64,000 nucleotides of DNA, from positions 8,312 through 72,311 of the forward strand of contig CAYGSO010000004.1 of NCBI GenBank assembly GCA_964352445.1, written 5' to 3'. How positions within the stretch are numbered: position 1 is the stretch's first letter; each line of letters begins with the position of its first letter. The notes beneath the pieces were generated by a model that saw nothing but the letters and a program-made list of their open reading frames with translations, searched no databases and was not told the DNA's origin. The translations under genes and the position numbers were made by a program. This DNA is from an uncultured Pseudohongiella sp. (lineage in GTDB: Bacteria; Pseudomonadota; Gammaproteobacteria; Pseudomonadales; Pseudohongiellaceae). Shown piece after piece: positions 38,686 to 48,527 of the stretch.

Positions 38686-40821
38686 ATGAATTCCTTATCC
38701 GAGCTCTCCAGCGCCAATGAAAAAGAGCCTAAAGCGACTGACAACAGCAACACAGAAACGACCCCGGCTATCGATCTAGATAACTGTGACTACTTTGAAA
38801 ATAGGGAGTTATCCTATCTCAAATTTAACCTGAGAGTATTACATCAAGCGAAAAATGCAGCATATCCGCTACTTGAGCGGCTTATGTTTCTGCTTATTTT
38901 TAGCTCAAACTTGGACGAGTTTTTTGAGATAAGAGTCTCGGGGTTGCGCAAACAGTTGGATTTTGGCCGGCAGCGGCCCGGCGCCGACGGTCTGTATCCA
39001 GAGCAAGTGCTAAAAATCCTTCATGAACAGGTACGCGCCGCCCTCGATGAGCAATACGCAATTCTCAACGACGATCTGTTTCCCTCACTGGCCAAGGAAA
39101 ATATTCGATTTCTCGCCCGCCACGAATGGAGCGCCGAATTAATTACTTGGTCTGAAAAGTATTTTCACGACCAAGTGGTGCCGGTAGTTAGCCCTCTCGG
39201 GCTTGATCCGGCTCACCCTTTCCCCAGGTTAGTCAATAAAAGCCTGAACTTTATTCTTTCCTTAGATGGTAAAGATGCCTTTGGCAGAGAAAGCGGCCTA
39301 GCCATTGTCCCCGCTCCCAGATCACTGCCGCGGCTGATAAAGGTGCCGAGAAGCATAATGCCCAGCGGCGACAATTTTATTTTTCTGTCATCGGTTATTC
39401 ACGCCCACGTAGATCAATTTTTCCCCGGCATGTCCGTAACCGAATGCCATCAATTCAGAGTAACCCGAAACTCTGATTTAGAAATGTCCAATGTCGAAGT
39501 AGAAGATGTTGCTTCGGCTTTACAGGGTGAACTTCATAGCCGCCGTTTTGGCGCCGCAACCAAGCTAGAAGTTGGTGAGTATTGCCCCAGTGAACTGACC
39601 AACTTTTTACTTGAGCGCTTCAACCTGAAAGAAGACGCACTATTTAGACTCGATGGCCCGGTTAATCTGCAGCGCCTGATGGCTCTGTACAAAATGATCG
39701 ACAGGCCAGACCTACGCTTCCCAAAATTTTCCCCCGGCCTGCCTCCTGTTTTAGATCAGTACAGCGATATTTTTTATGCGGTAGACAAAGAAGATCAATT
39801 GCTACATCACCCTTTTGAGTCATTCATCCCAATTATCGATTGGCTCCGGCAAGCAGCCAAAGATCCAACGGTTTTGTCTATAAAACAGACCCTTTATCGA
39901 ACAAACGCCTCATCTGAGTTGGTAGAAGCCTTGGCGGACGCTGCCCGAAACGGCAAAGAGGTAACGGTGGTCATCGAATTACGAGCTCGCTTTGATGAAA
40001 AAGAAAACATGAATTTTGCGAGCATCCTGCAGGAAGCGGGCGCTGTAGTCGTCTACGGCGTCATGGGGTATAAAACTCACGCTAAAATGCTGTTAATTGT
40101 GCGTCGAGTGGGCAACAAGCTCAAACGCTACGCCCATTTGGGCACAGGCAACTATCACCGCAAAAACTCTCTCACTTATACTGACTATGGTTTACTAACA
40201 GCCGATGAAGTGATTTGTGCCGATGTCCACAAAGTGTTTCAACAAATTACCGGCATGGGCAAGAAGATTCATCCTAAACTGCTAATTCATGCACCGTTCA
40301 ACTTGAGCAAGTCACTAGTGCGCATGATTGATGCAGAAGCCACCGCCAGCGCAGCCGGTAAGCCAGCTCGAATTATCGGCAAAATTAATGCCCTAACAGA
40401 CCCTGTAATAATCAAAGCGCTGTATCGAGCATCTATGGCTGGAGTGAAGATTGATCTTATCGTGAGAGGGACCTGCTGCCTTAAGCCAGGTATTGCCTCT
40501 GTCAGCGAAAACATCAGGGTAATCTCAGTTATCGGGCGCTTTCTTGAGCATTCCAGAGTGTACCATTTCCAAAACAACAGCCATCAAATTTACTGCTCCA
40601 GCGCTGACTGGATGGAGCGCAATCTGTTAAATCGAATTGAAGTGTGTTTCCCAATTTTAAAAAAGAAGCTAGCCGCGCGCATTTTGGCGGACCTAGAACT
40701 TTACATTGCTGATGACATTCAAACCTGGGAGATGCAGCTAGATGGGGAGTACACAGAGCGAGTGCCTGAAGATCATGAACACTTGCCAGTACAGTCTTTG
40801 CTGCTTCGCCAACTGGCTTAA
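38686..40821 (+). CDS. ppk: polyphosphate kinase 1
   Basis: 711 aa. NRELSYLKFNLRVL at the N-terminus, the HAK autophosphorylation motif (YKTHAKMLLIVR) and two PLD-like C-terminal domains. Confidence 0.9.
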   Translation: MNSLSELSSANEKEPKATDNSNTETTPAIDLDNCDYFENRELSYLKFNLRVLHQAKNAAYPLLERLMFLLIFSSNLDEFFEIRVSGLRKQLDFGRQRPGADGLYPEQVLKILHEQVRAALDEQYAILNDDLFPSLAKENIRFLARHEWSAELITWSEKYFHDQVVPVVSPLGLDPAHPFPRLVNKSLNFILSLDGKDAFGRESGLAIVPAPRSLPRLIKVPRSIMPSGDNFIFLSSVIHAHVDQFFPGMSVTECHQFRVTRNSDLEMSNVEVEDVASALQGELHSRRFGAATKLEVGEYCPSELTNFLLERFNLKEDALFRLDGPVNLQRLMALYKMIDRPDLRFPKFSPGLPPVLDQYSDIFYAVDKEDQLLHHPFESFIPIIDWLRQAAKDPTVLSIKQTLYRTNASSELVEALADAARNGKEVTVVIELRARFDEKENMNFASILQEAGAVVVYGVMGYKTHAKMLLIVRRVGNKLKRYAHLGTGNYHRKNSLTYTDYGLLTADEVICADVHKVFQQITGMGKKIHPKLLIHAPFNLSKSLVRMIDAEATASAAGKPARIIGKINALTDPVIIKALYRASMAGVKIDLIVRGTCCLKPGIASVSENIRVISVIGRFLEHSRVYHFQNNSHQIYCSSADWMERNLLNRIEVCFPILKKKLAARILADLELYIADDIQTWEMQLDGEYTERVPEDHEHLPVQSLLLRQLA

Positions 40822-40828
40822 CTAACGC

Positions 40829-41785
40829 TCAAGATTCAGCAACAGAAACGGCAGGCAAATCGCTGCTCGACATAGTCTCAATGGTTTTTTTGTTCTTAAC
40901 AATAAAATCCAGCATCCCTTCCCTCAGGGCTGTTGGGCTAAAGTTGATTGCTTTGATACCGTAGACTTCCATTAAGCCAACCATAATACACCAGCCTGAC
41001 AACAGCAGGTCTAAGCGGCGCTCTTTAAGGCCTGGCAACTCAACCCCGTCTGCCACACAGTCTAAAAAACTAGGACGCAGCTCCATTAATTTCGAATACT
41101 CGATTATCCCGCTCGGGCCACCAGCAGATTCGCAAATACTTGCTAGCATTTTTACCGTACCCGACGACGCATACACTTCCTGCCACCCTGCCCGTTTCAA
41201 TGCCGGCGCATTAGCCAGAAACACCTCACGCGCTTTGAGCAGCCCCTTATCCATTGCCTCATCTAATACATCCCTGTCATTACTGGCAAAGAATGTATCC
41301 CGCCAAGTCACGCAGCCAATGACCATGCTCTCGGTAATTAACCGATCCTGACCGCAGCCAATAATAACTTCAGTGCTTCCACCGCCAATGTCGATGATAA
41401 GCCGGTTGCCACTAAATTCTGGCAGAGTCGTGATTACACCGGCATAAATTAGTACCGCTTCTTGAATGCCGGAAATAATCGATATTTCAATTCCAAGCTC
41501 TGCGGCTGCAGCGATAAATTCAGCGGCATTAGAGGTGACTCGAAAAGTATTGGTACCTAAGGCCCAATAGCGTTCGATAGGATGTTGGTCAAGGATTTGT
41601 TTGAAATTGGTGAGGCAGTCAAGGCCACGATTAAAAGCACCCTTGGAGATCACTCCGGTCTTCTTTGCGCCTTCGCCTAGCTGGACTTTGTCACTGCAGC
41701 GTTCGATGATTTGGATCTTACCGTCAACCATCTCTCCTACCAGCAGATGGAAACTGTTGGATCCTAAATCTATACATGCATACAT
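40829..41785 (-). CDS. Ppx/GppA family phosphatase, short (~318 aa) form
   Basis: The ASKHA-fold motifs IDLGSNSFHLLV and IDIGGGSTE are present. ATG 41785 is preferred as the start. It is convergent with ppk with a 7-bp gap. Confidence 0.75.
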   Translation of the reverse strand: MYACIDLGSNSFHLLVGEMVDGKIQIIERCSDKVQLGEGAKKTGVISKGAFNRGLDCLTNFKQILDQHPIERYWALGTNTFRVTSNAAEFIAAAAELGIEISIISGIQEAVLIYAGVITTLPEFSGNRLIIDIGGGSTEVIIGCGQDRLITESMVIGCVTWRDTFFASNDRDVLDEAMDKGLLKAREVFLANAPALKRAGWQEVYASSGTVKMLASICESAGGPSGIIEYSKLMELRPSFLDCVADGVELPGLKERRLDLLLSGWCIMVGLMEVYGIKAINFSPTALREGMLDFIVKNKKTIETMSSSDLPAVSVAES

Positions 41786-41935
41786 ACAGGTCACTCGGTG
41801 CAGTTGGAAGCGCGCTGACTTCACTTAGTTAAGTCCAATACTCTCAAAGAGTATCGACAACTGCACGCAGAAGATGACCTTCGATTAGCTTTCTGCTGCG
41901 CTGCTACTTACGCAGGGCATGCTGGAGGATCAAAG

Positions 41936-42400
41936 CTAGATCATAGATTGCTGATAATTTTCGAGCCCAACTTTATCAATAAGAGAAAGCTGGGTTTCTA
42001 GCCAATCCACATGATCTTCTTCGCTTTCTAAAATTGAGCTTAGCAAGTCTTTAGTTACGTAGTCGGCAATAGATTCACAGTAAGCGATGCCTTCTTTTAG
42101 ATCTGGACAAGCGATCATCTCAAGTTTGAGGTCGCATTCGAGCATTTCGCGGGTATGTTCGCCGATTAAAAGTTTTCCCAAGCTTTGCAAATTGGGTAAG
42201 CCTTCTAAAAACAAGATGCGCTTAATCAACTGATCGGCATGCTTCATCTCATCGATGGATTCCTCGTACTCTTTCTCAGCTAGCTTGCTCAAGCCGAAAT
42301 CTTCATACATGCGTGAATGGAGAAAATATTGATTGATCGCGACCAACTCATTTGCCAGTGCTTTGTTCAGGTGTTTGATAACAGTTGGATCAGATTTCAT
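41936..42400 (-). CDS. bfr: bacterioferritin
   Basis: [28 protein letters not shown], ferroxidase Glu/His residues, and the haem-ligand Met context DEMKHAD. Confidence 0.9.
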   Translation of the reverse strand: MKSDPTVIKHLNKALANELVAINQYFLHSRMYEDFGLSKLAEKEYEESIDEMKHADQLIKRILFLEGLPNLQSLGKLLIGEHTREMLECDLKLEMIACPDLKEGIAYCESIADYVTKDLLSSILESEEDHVDWLETQLSLIDKVGLENYQQSMI

Positions 42401-42696
42401 AGCGAGATTCCTTCAATAAAAGATGCGCCAAACTCTATAGTTTTCAAATAATTTGTCAAGCAAAACATGCCTAAGTTATTGATAAATATAGTGAATCTAA
42501 ATGATAAGCAATCCCATTAGCAACTGGCTGAAAGAAATCCGGGGCGCTGGTCTCTCAATCGGTATGAAGTACTAACGGCGTGCACGGCTGCGCAAAAGAA
42601 AAGAGTATTGAAGCGGAGGAACTTGGTATATCTAAGCTGCGATTGGAACATCACAGCGCGTTACATAAAGTGCCTGTAACCTAGGGTACTTAAACG

Positions 42697-42885
42697 TTAA
42701 CCTGCGTTTACAAAACCCGCATTCTTGCTGAATTCTTTGACAATAGACTGGGCCAACTTACCGCACTTACCACATTCACTGGCAACTCCAAGCTTAGCTC
42801 GGATGTCATGTAATGTGCTTACGCCCTCTCGGCAAAGGTCGCGGATCTGATTGTCGGTAATTTGTCGGCAGATGCAAACGTACAT
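42697..42885 (-). CDS. bfd: bacterioferritin-associated ferredoxin
   Basis: 62 aa. MYVCICRQITD...CGKCG gives the 2Fe-2S Cys pattern. It lies upstream of bfr. Confidence 0.8.
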   Translation of the reverse strand: MYVCICRQITDNQIRDLCREGVSTLHDIRAKLGVASECGKCGKLAQSIVKEFSKNAGFVNAG

Positions 42886-42915
42886 AATGTAAACTCCAGT
42901 TGCAGGTATTTAAAT

Positions 42916-42934
42916 GCAAATGAGAATGATTGTC
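42916..42934. promoter_or_regulatory. candidate Fur box in the bfd / feoA divergent promoter
   Basis: GCAAATGAGAATGATTGTC matches GATAATGATAATCATTATC at 14 of 19 positions. Confidence 0.5.
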
Positions 42935-43026
42935 AACACCATTAAGATTTGATACATTAAGTTCTCGCACCGCTCGGGTATTTACCCTGCCCGCGCAAAC
43001 CATTTCCTCACTGGTTACAACACCTT

Positions 43027-43263
43027 ATGACACAAACCTCGCTAGATTTAGCTGGTATAGGCAATCACTGCTTAGTGATAGAGATCAGCAAAGAGTTCTC
43101 TGAACTGCGGTCTAGGCTGTTTGCGCTGGGGGTTATTCCTGGCGCAATAGTTGAAGTATTACGTATTGCGCCTTTAGGAGATCCTATGCAGCTCAAAGTA
43201 GGCGGCAGCTTTATCAGCATCCGCAAATCAGAAGCCACCATCATTTCCGTGGAAATTCAATAA
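43027..43263 (+). CDS. feoA: ferrous iron transport protein FeoA
   Basis: 78-aa SH3-like protein (LGVIPGAIVEVLRIAPLGDPMQLKVGG) immediately upstream of feoB. Confidence 0.8.
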   Translation: MTQTSLDLAGIGNHCLVIEISKEFSELRSRLFALGVIPGAIVEVLRIAPLGDPMQLKVGGSFISIRKSEATIISVEIQ

Positions 43264-43264
43264 G

Positions 43265-45406
43265 ATGAAACGCATTGCACTGCTTGGCAATCCTAATTGC
43301 GGTAAAACCACCCTGTTCAATCTGCTGACTGGGGCCCGGCAAAAAGTAGGCAATTGGCCAGGAGTCACGGTAGAGAGAAAAAGTGGTCAACTTTCAATTG
43401 CCGGCGAAGATTTCGAAATTGTTGATCTGCCGGGTATCTACTCCTTAGAGCAAGAATACTTAGGCATCGATGAACAGATCGCTCGAGATTATTTAAAGAA
43501 TGAAGCCATAGATTTAATAATTAATCTCACCGACGGGACTAATTTAGAGCGCAGCCTCATCCTGACCCAGCAGCTACTGGAGACTCACGTTCCCATCATT
43601 GTGGTTGTGAACATGCTAGATGTGGCGCTTCAACAAGGCGTCACTATTGACGAAGGCACCCTTGCTAAACATTTGGCAGTGCCAGTCATCCCGATGACAG
43701 CTTCTCGAAAAGCGGGGCTGGCACAGTTAAAAGCGGCAATTGAAGCGTCGCAGCAACTCCCCAGCGCAGCGGCAACCGCTACCGCGGCTCCCGCACAGGC
43801 GCTCGATGAGCCCCGCGACACAGATATTGCCCAAGACCCAATTCTGCGCCGCTACCATAAGTCGCGGCAGTTGGCCCAAGGGGTTGTCGAGGTTTCCCCT
43901 ACACACGACAACCTCTCCGAGCGAATCGACGCTTTTGTATTAAATCGCTGGCTAGGCGTGCCGGTATTTTTAGGGATGATTTACTTAGTCTTCACGTTTG
44001 CCATCAATCTGGGTGCGGTTTTTATCGACTTTTTTGATATTTTGTTTGCTGCCGTGCTAGTCGACGGCGTGGCATGGGCCCTAGAGAGCCTGTCGTTTCA
44101 CCCGGTTATCGTCACGCTTATTGCCCAAGGGCTGGGTGGCGGTATCACTCTAGTCGCGACTTTTATTCCTGTGATTGGCTTCCTGTATTTATGTTTAGCG
44201 GCGCTAGAGGATTCTGGCTACATGTCCAGAGCTGCCTTCGTGGTAGACCGATTAATGGCCGGCATTGGCCTACCAGGCAACGCTTTCGTTCCACTTATTG
44301 TCGGCTTTGGCTGCAATGTACCTGCAGTTATGGCAGCTCGGACTCTCGGCAGAGACAGCGACCGCCTCATGACCATAGCGATGGCGCCCTTCATGTCATG
44401 CGGCGCTAGGCTTACCGTGTACGCACTCTTCGCCGCGGCGTTCTTCCAAAGCAATGGTCAAAACATCGTGTTTGGTTTGTATTTGCTTGGTATCGGCTTG
44501 GCGGTTTTCACCGGGTGGATTTTTAGAAAACAGCTGTTCAAAGATGAGCTAACACCGTCGTTTCAAGAAATGCCTGCCTACCACGTCCCGGTGGTTAGAA
44601 ATCTTTTGTTAACCACTTGGTTTCGCCTGCGCGGATTCGTCCTGCGAGCGGGCAAGACTATCGTTGGAGTAGTCATTGTGCTGAGCTTTTTAAATTCAGT
44701 GAGCACAGACTTTACATTTGGCAATGAAGATTCGGAACAATCTGTTCTAAGCGTCATCGGCAAGTCTATGACCCCCGTGTTTGCACCCATGGGCATCGCC
44801 AACGACAACTGGCCGGCAACAGTTGGCTTGTTTACCGGCATGTTCGCCAAAGAGGCGATCGTCGGCACGCTGGACGCACTTTATACAAGCAATGAAGGTG
44901 CTGGCGAGAGCGGCCCGCCGGATTTGATAGCTGCCGCGAAGGAAGCCCTTGGCAGTATTGGCACCGAATTTATGGCGCTCAGCAGCGCCCTAACCGACCC
45001 CCTAAAACTGTCGATCGGCGAAGTGACTGACATCTCAGTTGTAACTGCCGAGCAAGGCGTTACCGACAGCACCCTCACCAATATGGCCTTGCTCTTCAAT
45101 ACTCCATTTGCGGCGTTTTGCTACTTAGTTTTTGTTCTTCTTTATGCACCCTGTGTCGCCGTGTTGGGGGCAATTAACAAAGAGGCCGGATGGCGTTGGA
45201 CCCTGCTTGTTTTCAGCTGGTGTACGGGCTTAGCTTATATTGTTGCCACTTGCTTATATCAGCTTGGAACGTTTGCCAGCCATCCCATGTTTTCCGCAGT
45301 ATGGATTGTGTCGATGCTTTCTATACTGATTCTTTTTATACTCAATCTAAAGCGCATTGCGGTTAAGATGGTGCCGAAGAACCTGATTCACGCCATACAG
45401 ATTTAG
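43265..45406 (+). CDS. feoB: ferrous iron transporter FeoB
   Basis: N-terminal G-domain (GNPNCGKTTLFN, DLPGIYS, NMLD) followed by the polytopic permease with Gate motifs. Confidence 0.9.
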   Translation: MKRIALLGNPNCGKTTLFNLLTGARQKVGNWPGVTVERKSGQLSIAGEDFEIVDLPGIYSLEQEYLGIDEQIARDYLKNEAIDLIINLTDGTNLERSLILTQQLLETHVPIIVVVNMLDVALQQGVTIDEGTLAKHLAVPVIPMTASRKAGLAQLKAAIEASQQLPSAAATATAAPAQALDEPRDTDIAQDPILRRYHKSRQLAQGVVEVSPTHDNLSERIDAFVLNRWLGVPVFLGMIYLVFTFAINLGAVFIDFFDILFAAVLVDGVAWALESLSFHPVIVTLIAQGLGGGITLVATFIPVIGFLYLCLAALEDSGYMSRAAFVVDRLMAGIGLPGNAFVPLIVGFGCNVPAVMAARTLGRDSDRLMTIAMAPFMSCGARLTVYALFAAAFFQSNGQNIVFGLYLLGIGLAVFTGWIFRKQLFKDELTPSFQEMPAYHVPVVRNLLLTTWFRLRGFVLRAGKTIVGVVIVLSFLNSVSTDFTFGNEDSEQSVLSVIGKSMTPVFAPMGIANDNWPATVGLFTGMFAKEAIVGTLDALYTSNEGAGESGPPDLIAAAKEALGSIGTEFMALSSALTDPLKLSIGEVTDISVVTAEQGVTDSTLTNMALLFNTPFAAFCYLVFVLLYAPCVAVLGAINKEAGWRWTLLVFSWCTGLAYIVATCLYQLGTFASHPMFSAVWIVSMLSILILFILNLKRIAVKMVPKNLIHAIQI

Positions 45407-45408
45407 TA

Positions 45409-47349
45409 GTGGGACTCCACTTGTTAGGCCAAACTACGCAAGACAGCGAGTTCTCGTTGCAGGGGTTTATTCTCCCCGCTGTTATTATTTGCGTCATCAG
45501 CAAACTGTATTTTGGCGCAGTGCTCGACTTATACAGCGACGAAGTATTTTACTGGCTTGCCGCAACCAAACCCGCTATCGCTTACAGCGACCTGCCTTTT
45601 ATAACCGCCCTACTTGCAGGGCTAGGGTCAAGCCTGAATCCAGGTAGTAGCTTGGCGCTTCGCAGCATTTTCATCCTCTTGGGAAGTCTTATTCCACTGC
45701 TAGTCTTCTGGATCGCCCTGCCCCTGACCACCAAGCAAAAAGCAATAGAATCAGCCTTATTCAGTGTGTGCTTGCCCCTAGGAGGCTTTTTGGGTTTGCT
45801 CGCTGTGCCTGACGTGCCGCTGCTTTTTTTCGGCCTCCTTGCCATCGGTTGTTTCGAGCGCTCACTGCGCACCGACAGCACTGGCATGTGGATTTTAACC
45901 GGCTTCTTTGTTGCACTTGGATTCTCCACCCACTACCGATTTATTCTCTATCCAGTTTCTGCCGTTTTGTTTTTGAGTTTATGCCACAGTCAACGACGGC
46001 AGTGGTATAACAAAAAGCTCTGGCTCGCTTTTACTATCGCGACCACGGGCCTTGCGCCCATTATCTGGTTCAATCTTCAGCACGATCTCAGCAGTGCGAG
46101 CTTCTATTTCGTGGATCGGCATCCGTGGCAATTCCAAACCAACGGCTTACTCCATGTGTTTAAGCAGGCCGGACTGGTGACCCCACCGCTCTACGCATTG
46201 CTAATCTATACCTTGATTTATTTATTCAAGCAAACCCGCCGCGGCGACACCAAGGCGAGCTTCCTGTTTTACTTCTCGGCGACCCACCTTTTGGTATACA
46301 TGATCCTTGCTCCTTGGAGCGATGGCAACAGCACATCAATACACTGGCCGTTGTCAGGCTACTTCCCGTTACTGGTTGTTTTACCTGACACCTTAAGACA
46401 AGCGGCAAACTACGCCGAAAAGAGCTGGCATTCCAACACCAGACCTTTAATTATGAAAGGCATTCCTCTTATTGGCTTTCTTGGCACCCTTACGGCTTTT
46501 ATTGGAATCGGCTCACAGGCATTTCAAGATTCGCTACAAACGCTACTTGGTAGAGATGTCTTGTCCAATAAAATGGCAGGTTGGCAAGAGTTCAACCAGG
46601 CACTTGAAACGCGTTTAGCAAAATATGACGCAAAGCCGATTATAGTCACCGACAACTACTACACGGCCGCTCAAATTGAATTTGCAGGGCTTAGTCATAA
46701 CACTTTCACCATCGATGAAAAAAAGGCCGTGAGCGATGGTCGCATCACCCAGCTCCATCTATGGCAAAAAGACGCAGTTGGCCTAGCCTTGCTACCAAGT
46801 TCCGCTTTCTTATTTTTGACTGAAGATAGCACCCTCAACATCGAGGAAAAAACCGCTGTCATTGCCCGCATGTGCGCAATGAGCAGCATTTTGTCCTGGG
46901 ATTCGACTCTGCGTTTCTTTGCCGGGGATAAAACATTCAGTGTGTATACCGGCACCCTACTAGGAAAACGCGACAGCGATACTGCGGCTGATGTGTGCCC
47001 CTATCCTGCTAGAGCTTGGTTAGACGCCCCCCAGCCAAACTCCAACCACAGGGGCGCCATCAATGTCAGCGGCTGGGCATTCAAACAAGATATCGGGATT
47101 GTTGAAATTCGGCTTCTAGTCGATGGACAAAGCACACAAACCGTCAGCTACGGGGCTAATCGGCCTGATGTCGCGGAGGTTTATTCAGCCCAAACCAACA
47201 GCGATCCGAATACTCCAATGTTGGGATTCAATTCAGTACTCGAAACCGCAGACTTATCAGCAGGACGCCACGAAATAGAGCTTGAAATAGTCGGTGGTAA
47301 TGGCGAAACCGCTCACTACGGTAAACGAGTAATCGAGCTGGCTCCCTAG
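45409..47349 (+). CDS. GT-C fold glycosyltransferase (ArnT/PMT, GT39/83-like) with C-terminal soluble beta-rich domain
   Basis: About 11 TM helices. The first-loop motif LYSDEVFYWLAATKPAIAYSDLPF is like the DE..YW loop of ArnT/PMT_2 enzymes. The C-terminal ~110 aa are soluble. The GTG start lies 2 nt after the feoB stop. Confidence 0.65.
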   Translation: MGLHLLGQTTQDSEFSLQGFILPAVIICVISKLYFGAVLDLYSDEVFYWLAATKPAIAYSDLPFITALLAGLGSSLNPGSSLALRSIFILLGSLIPLLVFWIALPLTTKQKAIESALFSVCLPLGGFLGLLAVPDVPLLFFGLLAIGCFERSLRTDSTGMWILTGFFVALGFSTHYRFILYPVSAVLFLSLCHSQRRQWYNKKLWLAFTIATTGLAPIIWFNLQHDLSSASFYFVDRHPWQFQTNGLLHVFKQAGLVTPPLYALLIYTLIYLFKQTRRGDTKASFLFYFSATHLLVYMILAPWSDGNSTSIHWPLSGYFPLLVVLPDTLRQAANYAEKSWHSNTRPLIMKGIPLIGFLGTLTAFIGIGSQAFQDSLQTLLGRDVLSNKMAGWQEFNQALETRLAKYDAKPIIVTDNYYTAAQIEFAGLSHNTFTIDEKKAVSDGRITQLHLWQKDAVGLALLPSSAFLFLTEDSTLNIEEKTAVIARMCAMSSILSWDSTLRFFAGDKTFSVYTGTLLGKRDSDTAADVCPYPARAWLDAPQPNSNHRGAINVSGWAFKQDIGIVEIRLLVDGQSTQTVSYGANRPDVAEVYSAQTNSDPNTPMLGFNSVLETADLSAGRHEIELEIVGGNGETAHYGKRVIELAP

Positions 47350-47365
47350 TATAGTCAAAGCAGGA

Positions 47366-48301
47366 TCAGTGAGGGCTAAGCACTTCAACTGCGATACGCC
47401 ATTCGTTGGAATTTGAAAATCGCCACAATCGAAGATAGTCGGTCACAAAGCCGGCCTCATCATCATCGGTGTCAGCTTCCATAGTGCCGTAGGTATAGCC
47501 CATTTCCTTAGACTGCGAAAGATACCCTCCGATGAAAGTCAGGCTTACCGGATTAGTTGTAGATAACTGGTTGTCCAAAAATGCACCGTAAACCGAGCTT
47601 GCCGACTCCGCTCCCACAGCCGGTGCCATGCCTGGCAAATAAACCCTCGAATTCTCTAGGCCATAGCGCAGCAAAGCCCGTTGCCCACCGCGAAAATTTA
47701 TGGATCGACCAAACAGATTGTCCGCATCAATAAGACTCTGCAAGGTATTATTTTGATTCATGGCCAGAACTGGGTGAGCCGTTTCATCGAGCACCGGCAC
47801 GGTGTCGGCAAAATTTGACTCCACATCTAAACTTAAATAGCCCGGAATACTCACTACAATATCAGACATCAACTGCCACTTGCCCGAGGCTTTGCGCCAT
47901 ATTGAGATTAAGTGACCAAATACATTCTGGTCAGAGTCACCTGAAGGATTGATAATTGTCAAAGGGCCAGCAGACAATCCAAGATCCCCTGCTCTCGAGA
48001 CGTCGATATAGTGAGCTTTCCAGCTGATTTCGCTAGCACTAGCCTGAAATTCTTCTGAACTGTAGAGCTCCAACGCATCAACCGGACCATCCCTGAACAC
48101 CACCGAACCTTCGCCAAGGAATTCTAAAAAGGCCCGGGTTCTGCCAATGGCAGCCGATCTGTCGGCAAAGGTCTGATCAGCGGCAGCCAGCTCTAACCAG
48201 TTTTGATACTGACTGGTTTCTTCTGCGCCGGCACAGGCAAAGGACCAAAGAATCAGCCAAACGGAGCAAAAATATCGCAGATGATGAGCCAAATTTTTCA
48301 T
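47366..48301 (-). CDS. secreted hypothetical protein, possibly tandem NTF2-like/DUF4440-like domains
   Basis: Signal peptide. Two repeats end in a W..(G/N).W motif: ISIWRKASGKWQLMSD and YLRLWRFSNSNEWRIAVE. Confidence 0.5.
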   Translation of the reverse strand: MKNLAHHLRYFCSVWLILWSFACAGAEETSQYQNWLELAAADQTFADRSAAIGRTRAFLEFLGEGSVVFRDGPVDALELYSSEEFQASASEISWKAHYIDVSRAGDLGLSAGPLTIINPSGDSDQNVFGHLISIWRKASGKWQLMSDIVVSIPGYLSLDVESNFADTVPVLDETAHPVLAMNQNNTLQSLIDADNLFGRSINFRGGQRALLRYGLENSRVYLPGMAPAVGAESASSVYGAFLDNQLSTTNPVSLTFIGGYLSQSKEMGYTYGTMEADTDDDEAGFVTDYLRLWRFSNSNEWRIAVEVLSPH

Positions 48302-48527
48302 TTATTTCCTGCTGCAGAGTCTTTAAGGACGCTTAAGTGTATTCAAAAGTAGATCTATCTCCTGCCAAGGCTTAATGCCTTAGATAAGAAGACTGCGACA
48401 CAGTAGACAATTAATCCCCGAACTAGCCTAAGTCTTTGATTGTTATGGCGCTAAGCAGAGGCTAGAATGTTCCGCAGTGCCTTACTCTCGGCCCCCAAGG
48501 CCAATAAAATCGAGACCTTTTGACTCA

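Noticed and set aside
42497-42515. Second Fur-like site (ctaaatgataagcaatccc) upstream of bfr
   Set aside because: It matches the 19-bp Fur consensus at only about 12/19 positions in a generally AT-rich spacer. That is too weak to call.
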